From Candidatus Sumerlaeota bacterium (GTDB lineage: Bacteria; Sumerlaeota; Sumerlaeia; UBA8349), in the NCBI GenBank assembly GCA_016931035.1, contig JAFGFN010000026.1, positions 21,235-85,234 on the forward strand: 64,000 bases of DNA, written 5' to 3'. Of the stretch, positions 30,394 through 40,750 are shown one piece after another. Below the pieces are notes generated by a model that worked only from the letters and a program-made list of their open reading frames with translations, ran no database searches and was not told where the DNA came from. Made by a program: the position numbers and the translations under genes. Within the stretch, counting starts at the first letter, position 1, and every line of letters starts with the position of its first letter.

Positions 30394-30709
30394 AGGAATT
30401 CCCTTCCTCCGCGTGGGCGGCAATGAGGCATGTAGCCCGGGCTGAACACCTGAGTCGAACGTGTTATTCATATCCGAAATGGGCAGAACTGTCAAGATCG
30501 GAGCGATTCTCGGAGTACTTCACCGATTGGAGCCCCAACGGTTCTCTCTTGGCCGGAGCGGCTTTTTCGCGACGAGAACATATCGCCCTGAAGTCACGGA
30601 CGTTGCATCCGGAACGTCACGCGGATCTCTCCAGGATCGAGACGGTCGAACCAAGACGGGATTTCGACGAGCGCCATGGGGGCGACCATGAATCTTCTCG
30701 CTTTCCGCG

Positions 30710-32197
30710 TCAGGGAGCTTCGGGAATGACGGAGTCCTCGAGATGCGGGCGGCCGATCTCGGGCTCGTCCGTGTCCGAGTCTCTCTTCTCCTGGATTTCT
30801 CGCGCTAACGACTTCAGCACCGCGTGCCCCCATCCAAGACCCGCCAGAGCGGAAAGAACGTCCGCCACCACCCGTCCCCAGAAGAGTCCCGGAATCCCAA
30901 ATGCCCAGGCTCCCGCGAGCGACAAAGGCACCAGCAATCCGACGATCCGCAGGACATTGACTCCCGTAGCGTGCAGCGGCTTGCGCACCCCGTTCAGGAA
31001 GAACCCCGTGTAGCGATGGATCTCCATCATCCCATAGCCGATGGGGACGATTCGGAGATACAAGGTCAGAGTGGCGACCACCTCCGCGTCGCGGCTGAAA
31101 AGTTGCGCGATCGGGTGCGCGAGAAGCGCGAAGGCCAGATAAATCGCGCCGCCCCATATGAAGGCGAACGTGTTGCTGAACAGCCGCCCGCGGATCACCC
31201 GGTCGAGGCGTTTCGCACCGTAGTTCTGCCCGACGAACGGAACCAGCGAGATTCCGAGCGCCATCGGCACCATGAAGGCGAACATCTCGACGCGTCCCGC
31301 CGCGCCGCACGCGGCCACCGCCGCCGCGCCGAACCCGGCGACGATGCGCGTGACGATCGCCCCTGCGATCGGCATCAGGAGATTGGTGAGGCAACAGGGA
31401 AGCCCGATATGCAACACCTCGGCCCACGACGCGCGCAGCTCCCGCCACGTGGGCATGAACAGATGCAGGAGACGATGGCGTCGATGGAGGACCCAGAGAA
31501 TCAGGACACCCGAGACGGCGCGCGACACGATCGTGGCGACGGCCGCTCCGCGAATGCCCCAGCGCGGAAAACCCCAGAGGCCGAATATCATGATGGGGTC
31601 TAGGATGACGTTCAGAACCGAGGCGATCACCATGATCAGGCTGGGCGAGACGGTGTCGCCCGTCGCCCTCACGATGTTGTTCATCATCATCGGCAGGACC
31701 ATGAAGACGACACCCAGGTACCAGACGACCATGTACTGGTGGATCAGAGGCAACGTGCGCTCGTTCGCCCCGAGCATCCGAAACACGGGGTCGATGGTCC
31801 ACAGTCCGCCGATCGACATGAGTACGACGATGACAACCGCGAGGACCAGGGTGTGCGTGGTGAGTCGTTGCGCCTGGACTTGATCGTCTCGGCCCAACGC
31901 GTGAGAGACGACCGCCGTGGCGCCCGTCCCCAGACCCATACTGATGCTGGCGATGATCATGACGACCGGAAAGGTGAATGCCATCGCCGCCAGAGGGATC
32001 GTGCCTAGGCGCGAGACGAAATACGTGTCGGCTAGGTTGAACGCCGTCATGGCGAACGTCCCGCCCAGCATCGGCGCCGCCATCCCGACGAGCGTGCGCC
32101 CCACCGGACGCCCGACCAGGCGCGCGGGCAGTCCGCCCTGGCGGCGGTCGTCGCTCTCGCCCGTGCGAGCGGATTCTGTATCGAACGATTGCTTCAA
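30710..32197 (-). CDS. MATE family efflux transporter
   Basis: 495 aa, 12 TM helices, NorM/DinF-like repeated halves. Confidence 0.85.
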   Translation of the reverse strand: MKQSFDTESARTGESDDRRQGGLPARLVGRPVGRTLVGMAAPMLGGTFAMTAFNLADTYFVSRLGTIPLAAMAFTFPVVMIIASISMGLGTGATAVVSHALGRDDQVQAQRLTTHTLVLAVVIVVLMSIGGLWTIDPVFRMLGANERTLPLIHQYMVVWYLGVVFMVLPMMMNNIVRATGDTVSPSLIMVIASVLNVILDPIMIFGLWGFPRWGIRGAAVATIVSRAVSGVLILWVLHRRHRLLHLFMPTWRELRASWAEVLHIGLPCCLTNLLMPIAGAIVTRIVAGFGAAAVAACGAAGRVEMFAFMVPMALGISLVPFVGQNYGAKRLDRVIRGRLFSNTFAFIWGGAIYLAFALLAHPIAQLFSRDAEVVATLTLYLRIVPIGYGMMEIHRYTGFFLNGVRKPLHATGVNVLRIVGLLVPLSLAGAWAFGIPGLFWGRVVADVLSALAGLGWGHAVLKSLAREIQEKRDSDTDEPEIGRPHLEDSVIPEAP

Positions 32198-32275
32198 GAG
32201 ACGACTTCCTCCGATCGCCGCGGAATCTCTGCCACCACATCCGGGTCTCCTAGGATCCGATACGACACGCCTCTT

Positions 32276-33646
32276 TCAGAACACCCGTCCGGCGAGCTCG
32301 AGGAATTCCGTCACGGGCGCTAGAACAGGGAAGCCCTCGCTTCGCGGGATGTGGCCGTTGACGAACATATAGAGCATCGCCTGGTTCCAGAAGACAAACA
32401 TGGCGGAAAGAATAGCCGCCGAGACGAGCCAGACTCTCCGGCGCGGGAGCGCATCGTAGATCGCACCGAGTCCGAGCGCGAACAGAGCCGTGAACGGGAT
32501 GAACTGGCGCGCGCCGAACGAATACCCCATCCACCAGACCGACCACGAGGCGTAAACGTAGTACATGACCACAGCGTGCACCGTCGCGATCCGGAGCGTC
32601 GCGCTCCGGGTTCGCCGCGCCAGGAACCACACCCACCCGCAGAACCCGACGAAGAGAAGGGGCGACCAGTAGAACAATCCGTGGCGGGTCGAGAAGAGGA
32701 CTTGCCAGAGCGCGGGCGAAGTCCAGTTGAAGCGTTCGCCCGGGTTGTTCATCGCGACGTGAAACCAGGTTCCCCACATCGCGCGCCACGCGAGAATTTG
32801 GGGGAAGAATGCAAGGATAAATCCAACACCCACAAAGATATACACGATGGCAATACGGCGAGGCGAACATCCCCCGGCCCCCTCCTTCGAGCCTCCGAAC
32901 AGGACCAGAAGAATCGGAACAAGGACGAAGAGAACGTTCTCGGTGCGGAGCGCGCCGCCGAGTCCGGCCAACGCCCCGAGCGCCACCCAGTGCCACGCCG
33001 TGGCGCATCCGTCCTCGACCCGGAACGCCGCGAGCAAGAGGAGGTTGTAGACCACGAGCGTCGGCAGCGTCGGGCTGCACCAGAAGGCGATCGTTCCGTG
33101 ACTGAGCGGAGAACAGAGGAACGTCACAAACGTCGCGGCGGACGCGGCGGAGTCGCCGACGAAGCGGCTCAGGATGCGCCGCGTCGTCCAGAAGGCCATT
33201 CCGCCAAACACGAACGCCGCCAAAGGCGGCACGAACTGATAGAGGGGCGTGTAGCCGTCCGCCGCCCAGCTCCACAGACCGCCCAACCGCCCGACCGGCG
33301 TCAACACGTGGGCCAACAGGAAGAACGGCGCGATGAGAATCGAATACCCCACTCCATAACGATTGAAGTAAAGACCCGTGTGGGGCGAACGCGGGAGGAA
33401 ATCGCGCGTCTGGAACCCGTGGCGGTTGTAGTTGTGTTCGTAGAATTCGTTCTCGAAATCCAGATCGCCGTCGATCGCGAGCGAACGAACGAAGGCATAG
33501 TACGCCTGACCGTCGGTGCCCGCGATGCCCGCGTAGCGCGGGTTGTCGGAGTCGACCGCGACCATGTACAGCGATTGGGCGACGACAATGGCGAGATAGA
33601 TCGCCAGAGAGCGGCGCAGGAAGAGGTTTGCGATTCGTTCGAGCAT
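32276..33646 (-). CDS. Polytopic membrane protein, possible GT-C-fold glycosyltransferase
   Basis: 456 aa with many TM helices. Adjacent to a GT4 gene with a 4-nt gap. Confidence 0.45.
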   Translation of the reverse strand: MLERIANLFLRRSLAIYLAIVVAQSLYMVAVDSDNPRYAGIAGTDGQAYYAFVRSLAIDGDLDFENEFYEHNYNRHGFQTRDFLPRSPHTGLYFNRYGVGYSILIAPFFLLAHVLTPVGRLGGLWSWAADGYTPLYQFVPPLAAFVFGGMAFWTTRRILSRFVGDSAASAATFVTFLCSPLSHGTIAFWCSPTLPTLVVYNLLLLAAFRVEDGCATAWHWVALGALAGLGGALRTENVLFVLVPILLVLFGGSKEGAGGCSPRRIAIVYIFVGVGFILAFFPQILAWRAMWGTWFHVAMNNPGERFNWTSPALWQVLFSTRHGLFYWSPLLFVGFCGWVWFLARRTRSATLRIATVHAVVMYYVYASWSVWWMGYSFGARQFIPFTALFALGLGAIYDALPRRRVWLVSAAILSAMFVFWNQAMLYMFVNGHIPRSEGFPVLAPVTEFLELAGRVF

Positions 33647-33650
33647 CGTG

Positions 33651-34814
33651 TCAGCGCCGCGCGGCGGCGCGTCGGAGGATGTCCTTCAGGGCCTCGATTC
33701 TCGAAGGCCAGCGAAACTCGGTCGAGGCGTGTTCGCGCCCTTCCGCGCCCATCCTCCGAGCCGACTCGGGGTCGCGCAAGAGACGGAGAATCGCCCGGGC
33801 CACGCACTCCGGATCGCGTCCGTCGACTCGGAGTCCCGTTTGGCCGTCGAGAATCGATTGGCTCGTCCCGCCCGCGTTGCCTCCGACGACGGGCAGACCG
33901 TGCGCCGACGCCTCGGCAAACGCGATCCCGAACCCTTCGGTGTCGCCGGTGCGCTCGATATCGAAGTTGGGCAGAACGTAGCAGTCGCTCTCGGCAAACG
34001 CTCGCAGAAGGCTCTCGCCGTCCACGCGGCCCTCGAGCCGCACGACCTCGCCGAGACCGAGTTGGGCGGCCTGTTTCGCCAAATCCGCCGCCAAAGGCCC
34101 GGTGCCGACAATGCGGTAGCGCAGACTCGGGAATTCCTTGAGAACCGTCGGGAGCGCTTCGAGAACGGTCGCGTGGCCCTTGCGCTCGACGAGCCGTCCC
34201 ACGCTCAGGAGTCGCGGTCCGCGAGCGGGGTCGCTCAAGGGGCACGCGGCATACCGCGGATCGAAATGTTCGTCCGCGACGGCGGGAAGGAGCACCTCGA
34301 TTCTGTCCGCCGGCGCACGGAGAAGATCCGTCAAGCCCGACCGGGCGTTCTCCGACGCGGCGACGACAACCCGCGCCCGGCAACAAACCCGGCGCGCGAG
34401 ACGAGACTGAATTCGCGTGCGCGAGATCGTCGACGGCTCCTCGGCGTGGGTGAACGCGACGAGCGGCTTGCCCAGCATCGCCGCGACAATCGCGACGGGC
34501 GGCCCCGTCGGCACCAACTCTCCCGTCAGTATGACGTCGGGACGGAACCGCCGGGCCGCTCGAAACGTCTGGAGAAGAAGGTTCGCTCCGAGCGGAACGA
34601 ATTGGAGTCTCAGCGGCCGGAGCCACTCGGCGCGTTCGATCCGGCAGCGCCGGATCTTGTAGGGTTGAGCGGAGTCGAACTCGCGCCAACCCGGGATGCG
34701 GCGGGTCAGGACGAGCGTCTCGAAGCCGTCGAGGCGGCTCAAGAGGTTGTGGTAGTAAACGCGCGACCCGCCGAGGTGAGGAAGATAGTTGTCGGTGACG
34801 AGAAGAATTCGCAT
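33651..34814 (-). CDS. Glycosyltransferase family 4
   Basis: Starts MRILLVTDNY and has the GT4 EX7E region (TEGFGIAFAEASAHGLPVVGG). ATG at 34814. Confidence 0.8.
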   Translation of the reverse strand: MRILLVTDNYLPHLGGSRVYYHNLLSRLDGFETLVLTRRIPGWREFDSAQPYKIRRCRIERAEWLRPLRLQFVPLGANLLLQTFRAARRFRPDVILTGELVPTGPPVAIVAAMLGKPLVAFTHAEEPSTISRTRIQSRLARRVCCRARVVVAASENARSGLTDLLRAPADRIEVLLPAVADEHFDPRYAACPLSDPARGPRLLSVGRLVERKGHATVLEALPTVLKEFPSLRYRIVGTGPLAADLAKQAAQLGLGEVVRLEGRVDGESLLRAFAESDCYVLPNFDIERTGDTEGFGIAFAEASAHGLPVVGGNAGGTSQSILDGQTGLRVDGRDPECVARAILRLLRDPESARRMGAEGREHASTEFRWPSRIEALKDILRRAAARR

Positions 34815-35016
34815 GAGGGCGAAAAACGACCGGCGAGAGAGATCGCGCATCCGGGGAGATCGAGCCCCGCCTCGGGTTCGACCGACATCATAGGTCCATT
34901 CCTCGCGTCCCGTCAAACGGCATATCCACACGGCTCTCCTGGGAATCTTGGGGAAGAACCCGGACACGCGCGCTCGAAAAGGGAGGAGGCTCCTTCTCCG
35001 CGGGGATTTCTTGGGC

Positions 35017-35112
35017 TGTCGTTGACTCCGGCCAACTGAAGTTGGAACAACAAACGAAGAATCGGAATCGGTCAGGCCCGTCTGTTTGTCGTTCCAGCTT
35101 CAGCTGGCCAAC
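35017..35112. repeat. 96-bp palindromic repeat element, copy A (REP/MITE-like)
   Basis: Begins tgtcgttgactccggccaactgaagttggaacaacaaacgaaga, has a central loop, and its right arm is the near reverse complement of the left. The first 44 nt are identical to copy B apart from 2 SNPs. Confidence 0.8.
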
Positions 35113-35787
35113 GGCTCCCTCGTTCCCCGGAAATCCCCAAAGGCCCCCCCACGCTTCCGGAGGGTGAGCGGCGCAGAACGGGCGGCATGTTCCGTTCGCC
35201 TTCCTCTGTGCACGCCAAAGGCGTGCCAGCCTCCGGCCTGGGGTTGGCGCGGCGCGGCCGAGCGCAGCGAAGCCGCGCAACGCGGCTACCCCAGGAACAC
35301 GCGACCCCATTTTCGTTCTTCAACCCGGAACGGGTTGTGGCCTATTGGCCCATTGCGCCACAACCCCGTTGGGGTTGTCTGAATTGGGACGTACGTGACC
35401 CAAGGTAGCGCCTGCCCGGCTCCGCTCCGCTTCGCCGTGCCGGGCGGCGCAACCTTGGGCTGTAGGCTGCGGCCCCGTTGGGGCCGAAAAGAAGAACGGG
35501 CCGAAGAAGTCCAATCCGACGCGTTGTATGGACGTTGTCGTTTGTGCAGCACAGACCGACCCCGAGAGTCCGCAGACTTCGCCGCTTCCCCCATCCCCGT
35601 CGTACACGCACTTCCGGAACCGCAGGAGAATCGGGTTGTGTCGCGCACTCGGGCGGTGATACGATCTCTGCCAGTGTCCAGAGACCCTTCTTCTTCCCGT
35701 CTTTCCGGACACAGACCGCTCGTTCGGACGGACCGAGCGCGCGCATCGCGACGGCCGTCGGACCGACACATCTAGAGAGAAGAAACG

Positions 35788-36927
35788 ATGAAAGTACCCC
35801 TGCTGGATCTGAAAGCGCAGCTGGCGCCGATCGAACGCGAGATCAAGGAGGCCGTCCTCGAGGTCGTGGATTCGACCCGCTACATCATGGGGCCTAAGGT
35901 CGAGGAGTTGGAAACGCGGATCGCCGAGTACGTCGGCGCGGCCCGGGCCGTCGGCGTCTCGTCGGGCACCGACGCCCTCCTAGTCTCCCTGATGGCGCTC
36001 GGCGTCGGCTCGGGCGACATTGTGGTGACGACGCCCTATTCGTTTTTCGCCACGGCGGGCGTCGTTGCGCGTCTCGGCGCGACCGCCGCGTTCGTGGATA
36101 TCGATCCCGACACTTACAACATCTCCCCCGCCGCGCTCGAAGAATGGTTCGAACGCGAGACAACCCGCGTCGGCCAAGTCAAGGCCATCGTTCCGGTGCA
36201 TCTCTACGGCCAGTGCGCCGACATGGACCCGATTCTCGAAATCGCGCGACGCTACGGCGTCCCGGTGGTCGAGGATGCGGCCCAGGCCATCGGGGCGACC
36301 TATCCGTCGAAGTCGGGCGTCAAGAAAGCCGGCGCGATGGGAACCGTCGGGTGCTTCTCGTTCTTCCCGAGCAAGAACCTCGGTTGCCTCGGGGACGGCG
36401 GCATGGTAGCGACCGACGACGCGGCCCTCGCCGACAAGATCGTCCTTCTGCGAAACCACGGGGCCCAACCGAAGTACTACCATTCGCTCGTCGGCGGGAA
36501 TTTCCGGCTCGACGCGATACAGGCCGCCGTCCTTCTGGTCAAGTTGCCGCATCTCGATACCTGGCACGCCGGACGCCGCGCCAACGCCGCGTACTACGAC
36601 CGGCATCTGAACGTTCCCGGCCTCAAGAAGCCCCACGTCGCCTACGGACCCGACTCGCACATCTATAATCAGTACGTCCTGGCGGTCCCCGACGACCGTC
36701 GCGACGCCCTTCGCAAACACCTCGACGCGAACGCCGTCGGCAACGAGGTCTACTATCCCGTCCCGTTCCACGAACAGCAATGCTTCGCCCACCTGGGCTA
36801 CAAGACGGGCGATTTCCCGCACAGCGAGCGCGCGGCGCGCCGCACCATCGCCCTGCCGATCTACGCCGAACTGACCGATGGGATGAAGGATTACGTTATC
36901 GAGAAGATCGAGGCATTCTATGAGTAA
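35788..36927 (+). CDS. DegT/DnrJ/EryC1/StrS family PLP-dependent sugar aminotransferase
   Basis: Starts MKVPLLDL. Contains the PLP-lysine region [10 protein letters not shown]. Confidence 0.85.
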   Translation: MKVPLLDLKAQLAPIEREIKEAVLEVVDSTRYIMGPKVEELETRIAEYVGAARAVGVSSGTDALLVSLMALGVGSGDIVVTTPYSFFATAGVVARLGATAAFVDIDPDTYNISPAALEEWFERETTRVGQVKAIVPVHLYGQCADMDPILEIARRYGVPVVEDAAQAIGATYPSKSGVKKAGAMGTVGCFSFFPSKNLGCLGDGGMVATDDAALADKIVLLRNHGAQPKYYHSLVGGNFRLDAIQAAVLLVKLPHLDTWHAGRRANAAYYDRHLNVPGLKKPHVAYGPDSHIYNQYVLAVPDDRRDALRKHLDANAVGNEVYYPVPFHEQQCFAHLGYKTGDFPHSERAARRTIALPIYAELTDGMKDYVIEKIEAFYE

Positions 36928-38548
36928 GAAAGTCTGCGTCGTCGGGGCCGGACGCTGGGGACGCAACCACATCCAGACGTTGCACACGATGGACTGCCTC
37001 GGGGGCATCGTCGAGGCGAACGACGAGACCCTCGCGCGTCTCGCCCAGTCCTACCCCGAGGCCAAGACCTTCCCGAACGTCCGCGACGCCGTGCGCGAGG
37101 AGTTCGACGGATTCACCGTCGCCACGCCCGCCGCGACGCATTTCGAGATCGCGTCGTTCCTTCTGCGCGACAAGAAACACGTCCTGGTCGAGAAGCCGAT
37201 CGCGCTAAAAGCGTCGGAGGCGAGAGAACTCGACGCCCTGGCCCGGCGGCAGGGCGTCCAGCTGATGGTCGGCCACGTTCTCCTCTTCCATCCCGCCATC
37301 GCCAAGATCAAGGAACTCGTCGACGCCGGCAAGATCGGCAAACTCGAGTATCTTTACAGCAATCGCCTCAACCTCGGCGCGGTGCGAACGGAAGAGAACA
37401 TCCTCTGGAGTTTCGCCCCGCACGACATCTCGATCTTCCAACACCTCATCGGGGCGATGCCGACGCAGGTGACCTCGCGCGGCGGAGCCTTTCTCCAGCC
37501 CCACATCCACGACACCACGATGACGGTCCTCTCCTACCCCGACAACGTGGTCGGACACATCTTCGTCAGCTGGCTCCACCCGTTCAAGGAACACCGCCTC
37601 GTCGCCATCGGTTCCAAAGGGATGCTCTCGTTCGACGATTCGAGCGAGAGTAAGGATCTTCTCTTTCACGAAAAGGGGATCGACTGGGTCCAAGGCGAAC
37701 CGGTCAAGCGCGACGGCGCGACCGAGGCGATCCCCTACGACCGGACTCTCCCTCTGACCAACGAGCTGACCTACTTCGTGGACTGCCTGGGCGGCAACCC
37801 CGTCGAACTCGCGGACGGACGCAGCGCCGTCGAGGTCCTCGAAATCCTCGAACAAGCCACCGTGAGTCTCCTCGCCGGGTCGCCCGTCGCGCCTCAACCT
37901 TCGAAGGACTACTTCGTTCACAAGAGCGCCTACGTGGACGAAGGCGCCGAGGTGGGCGCGGGAACGAAGATCTGGCATTTCTCTCACGTCATGAAGGGCG
38001 CCCGGATCGGCGAGCGCTGCATTCTCGGCCAGAACTGCAACGTGGACGGGGGCGCGCTCATCGGCAACAACGTCAAGGTCCAAAACAACGTGTCGATCTA
38101 CGCCGGGGCCGTCATCGAAGACGATGTCTTCCTCGGACCGTCGTGCGTTCTGACCAACGTCACGAACCCGCGCTCCCAAGTCGTACGGCATTCGCTCTAC
38201 GAGAAGACGACGATCCGGCGCGGCGCGTCGATCGGGGCGAACGCCACCATCGTTTGCGGCGTGGAGATCGGACGCTACGCCTTCATCGCCGCCGGCGCCG
38301 TCGTTGCGAAGAACGTCCCCGACTATGCGTTGATGGTCGGGGTCCCGGCGCGGCAAACGGGATGGATGAGCCGCCACGGGCTGCCGCTCCAGAATCCCGA
38401 CGCCGAAGGCGTGATGACCTGTCCCGAGAGCGGGTATCGCTACAAAGAAGCGGTCCCGGGCGTCCTGCGATGTCTCGATCTGGACGAAGAAGCTCCTCTG
38501 CCCGAGGACTTGGCGATAGGGAAACGCCCCTACGACAGTTTCAAGTAG
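36920..38548 (+). CDS. Bifunctional Gfo/Idh/MocA-type sugar-nucleotide dehydrogenase / hexapeptide-repeat N-acetyltransferase fusion
   Basis: Residues 1-330 carry the Rossmann motif [11 protein letters not shown] and an oxidoreductase C-terminal domain. Residues 340-542 carry left-handed beta-helix hexapeptide repeats ([49 protein letters not shown]). Confidence 0.8.
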   Translation: MSKKVCVVGAGRWGRNHIQTLHTMDCLGGIVEANDETLARLAQSYPEAKTFPNVRDAVREEFDGFTVATPAATHFEIASFLLRDKKHVLVEKPIALKASEARELDALARRQGVQLMVGHVLLFHPAIAKIKELVDAGKIGKLEYLYSNRLNLGAVRTEENILWSFAPHDISIFQHLIGAMPTQVTSRGGAFLQPHIHDTTMTVLSYPDNVVGHIFVSWLHPFKEHRLVAIGSKGMLSFDDSSESKDLLFHEKGIDWVQGEPVKRDGATEAIPYDRTLPLTNELTYFVDCLGGNPVELADGRSAVEVLEILEQATVSLLAGSPVAPQPSKDYFVHKSAYVDEGAEVGAGTKIWHFSHVMKGARIGERCILGQNCNVDGGALIGNNVKVQNNVSIYAGAVIEDDVFLGPSCVLTNVTNPRSQVVRHSLYEKTTIRRGASIGANATIVCGVEIGRYAFIAAGAVVAKNVPDYALMVGVPARQTGWMSRHGLPLQNPDAEGVMTCPESGYRYKEAVPGVLRCLDLDEEAPLPEDLAIGKRPYDSFK

Positions 38549-38615
38549 AGCGCCCGCGGTCGCGGCAGGCCGAAGCCTGAACGTTGAACGTCGTCTCGGA
38601 AGGACTCGCGAGCGG

Positions 38616-40511
38616 ATGGCGAGGAATTCGCGACACAGGAAGGAGACGGAGCTCGATTCCCGACTCGGGAATCGGGTCGAGTCGAGACATTTCGCCCACA
38701 TTTGGTGGCTCCTGATTCTTCTCGGAGTCTTCGTCCAAGTCTCCGACGTTCTTTCGAGCAATTACCTCCCCAAAACAGTGTGGAGCGCCGTCTTTCTCGC
38801 CCTTGCGTTTCTGTTCACGCGGCGCGGATCGGATCGCCCGTTCGGTCTCACCCCGCTGGGCGCGATCTGGCTCGCTTTCGGGCTCTGGGGACTCGCTTCG
38901 GCAATCTGGGCGCCCAGTCCCCGCGTGACGGTCGAGCGATGGATCGCCCTGTTCTTCTTCCCCTCGATGGCCTATCTCGTCGCGCAACGCACTCGTTTCT
39001 GGGAATCGGAAACGTTCTGGACGGCCTATTGCGTTCTCTTCTCGGTCGTCTGCCTTATCGGATGTCTGCAGTTCATCCTCCCGATCGAGTGTCTCAAGCC
39101 GTGGTTCCCGAAGCAGGACTTCCTTGGGTGGATCGAGAGCACCGGTCTCCCCTCTTCGACACTCGGCAACCGAAACTACGCGGGCGAATACCTCGCCGCG
39201 ACGTTTCCTCTCGTCCTGTGGCGTTTCCTCAAGGCCGACGGCCGGGCGATGGTTGTCCCGTTCGTCGCGCTTGGGCTCGGCGCGGCGTTCCTTCTCTTCA
39301 CCCGGACGCGAAGCGCGTGGCTGGCCCTCGCCCTCGCCTTCGCGCTGATCGCCGCCTTCGGAGGCGCGCGGAGAGCGCTTCGCCGCAAACGCAGTCTCCC
39401 GATCCTGGTCGCGACGGCGTGCGTGGTTCTCGCGGCGGGCCTCGTCGTGCGCCCCTCGTCGCGCGTCAAGACGCAGGGTCGCGGCGACGGCTACGGCGGG
39501 ATGCCGGTCTATAAGGACACCCTTCTCCAGTCCTTCCGGTCCACCCTTTCCGATCTCAAAACGAACAAACGCCTGGCGATGTGGCGGCTCGCCTTGAGCG
39601 TCGGGACGAACCCTCTCCTCGGCTGTGGATGGGGAAACTACCCGATCGTCGCGACGCCGTACAACCCCGAAGACAAGATCTTCACGCTCAATTACGAGAT
39701 TCACAGCGACGTTCTTCAGTGCTACGTCGATCTGGGGGTCGTCGGACTCGGAATCGTCCTGGCCTTCGCCGTCCATCTCGCAACCCTCGTCTACAGGCAA
39801 CGCCAAGACGAAAGCCTGATTCTCGCGTCGGGCGCCGCCGTCTTTGCGCTCACGCTCATGCTGTCCGTCACGTTCCTTTCGGAAAAGGTATCGACCCAGA
39901 TTTGGACTGCGGGTATAATCGCCGTCATCAACGACCGGAACGCCCGCCATCCCTGGAAGCGGTTCGACCTGAACCGTTGGGCGCGGGGCGCTCTCCGTTT
40001 CACGGCAGTGGTCGGACTCGCCGCGCTTGCGGTCGCCGCGGGCATGACGGTATGGGGCGATTTCCAGTTCTGGAAGGAGACCGTACGAAACCCTCGGATC
40101 GGCCTGAGTCCGGACTACGACCGTTTGGCGCGTGACGTGCTACCCTGGATGCAGTTCGAGCCGAACGTGATTCACATTCTGACAAACCAGACGTCGAGCA
40201 CGGCGCTTCGCGCGGGGCGTCTCGACGCCACCGAGACGTTCGCCCGCAAAGCCGTGTCGCTTCACTCCAACGATGCCGTCGCGTTGGGCAATCTGGTCGC
40301 CGTCGCGCTCAAGAGGTCGGATTTGGAAACGGCGGCGCGATACCTCGAAGAAATCGTGCGCCTGGGACCGCGATTCGCGACCTTCGACGTTTGGAGGATG
40401 CTGGCGAACTGCTACGCCCGCCTAGGCAAGGAAGACCGGGCGAAGGAATGTCTCGACAAGGCGCTTTCGCTCTTGGCGAGGGACCGCCCCGCCGCGGGGC
40501 GGGCGCCATAA
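38616..40511 (+). CDS. O-antigen ligase (Wzy_C/WaaL) family membrane protein with C-terminal TPR repeats
   Basis: Wzy_C hallmarks (SAWLALALAF and LLGCGWGNY). The roughly 150-aa C-terminus is TPR-like. Confidence 0.65.
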   Translation: MARNSRHRKETELDSRLGNRVESRHFAHIWWLLILLGVFVQVSDVLSSNYLPKTVWSAVFLALAFLFTRRGSDRPFGLTPLGAIWLAFGLWGLASAIWAPSPRVTVERWIALFFFPSMAYLVAQRTRFWESETFWTAYCVLFSVVCLIGCLQFILPIECLKPWFPKQDFLGWIESTGLPSSTLGNRNYAGEYLAATFPLVLWRFLKADGRAMVVPFVALGLGAAFLLFTRTRSAWLALALAFALIAAFGGARRALRRKRSLPILVATACVVLAAGLVVRPSSRVKTQGRGDGYGGMPVYKDTLLQSFRSTLSDLKTNKRLAMWRLALSVGTNPLLGCGWGNYPIVATPYNPEDKIFTLNYEIHSDVLQCYVDLGVVGLGIVLAFAVHLATLVYRQRQDESLILASGAAVFALTLMLSVTFLSEKVSTQIWTAGIIAVINDRNARHPWKRFDLNRWARGALRFTAVVGLAALAVAAGMTVWGDFQFWKETVRNPRIGLSPDYDRLARDVLPWMQFEPNVIHILTNQTSSTALRAGRLDATETFARKAVSLHSNDAVALGNLVAVALKRSDLETAARYLEEIVRLGPRFATFDVWRMLANCYARLGKEDRAKECLDKALSLLARDRPAAGRAP

Positions 40512-40678
40512 GAGGCAGGCTGAAGCCTGTACCGAGAAAGGCTCGCGGTCTGCCCCACCGGAGTAAACGGACCATTGCCGCGGTATGGGAAATTCAAGTC
40601 GGCCTGCTTCAGCAGGCTCCCCGTTTGCCCCGTGCTTTAGCGCGGGGTAAGCGAGACAAAAAGACCAAGGGCGGGCGC

Positions 40679-40704
40679 GTTTCCTGCCGCTTCTCGCAGG
40701 AAAC
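40679..40704. terminator. Hairpin gtttcctgc-cgcttctc-gcaggaaac (perfect 9-bp stem) in the ligase-to-PGT intergenic region
   Basis: Perfect inverted repeat with no T-tract. One of four hairpins between 40514 and 40704. Confidence 0.3.
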
Positions 40705-40750
40705 GTGACAGCCGACATTACTCCCGGGGCGGTACACTAGGGCAACAGGC

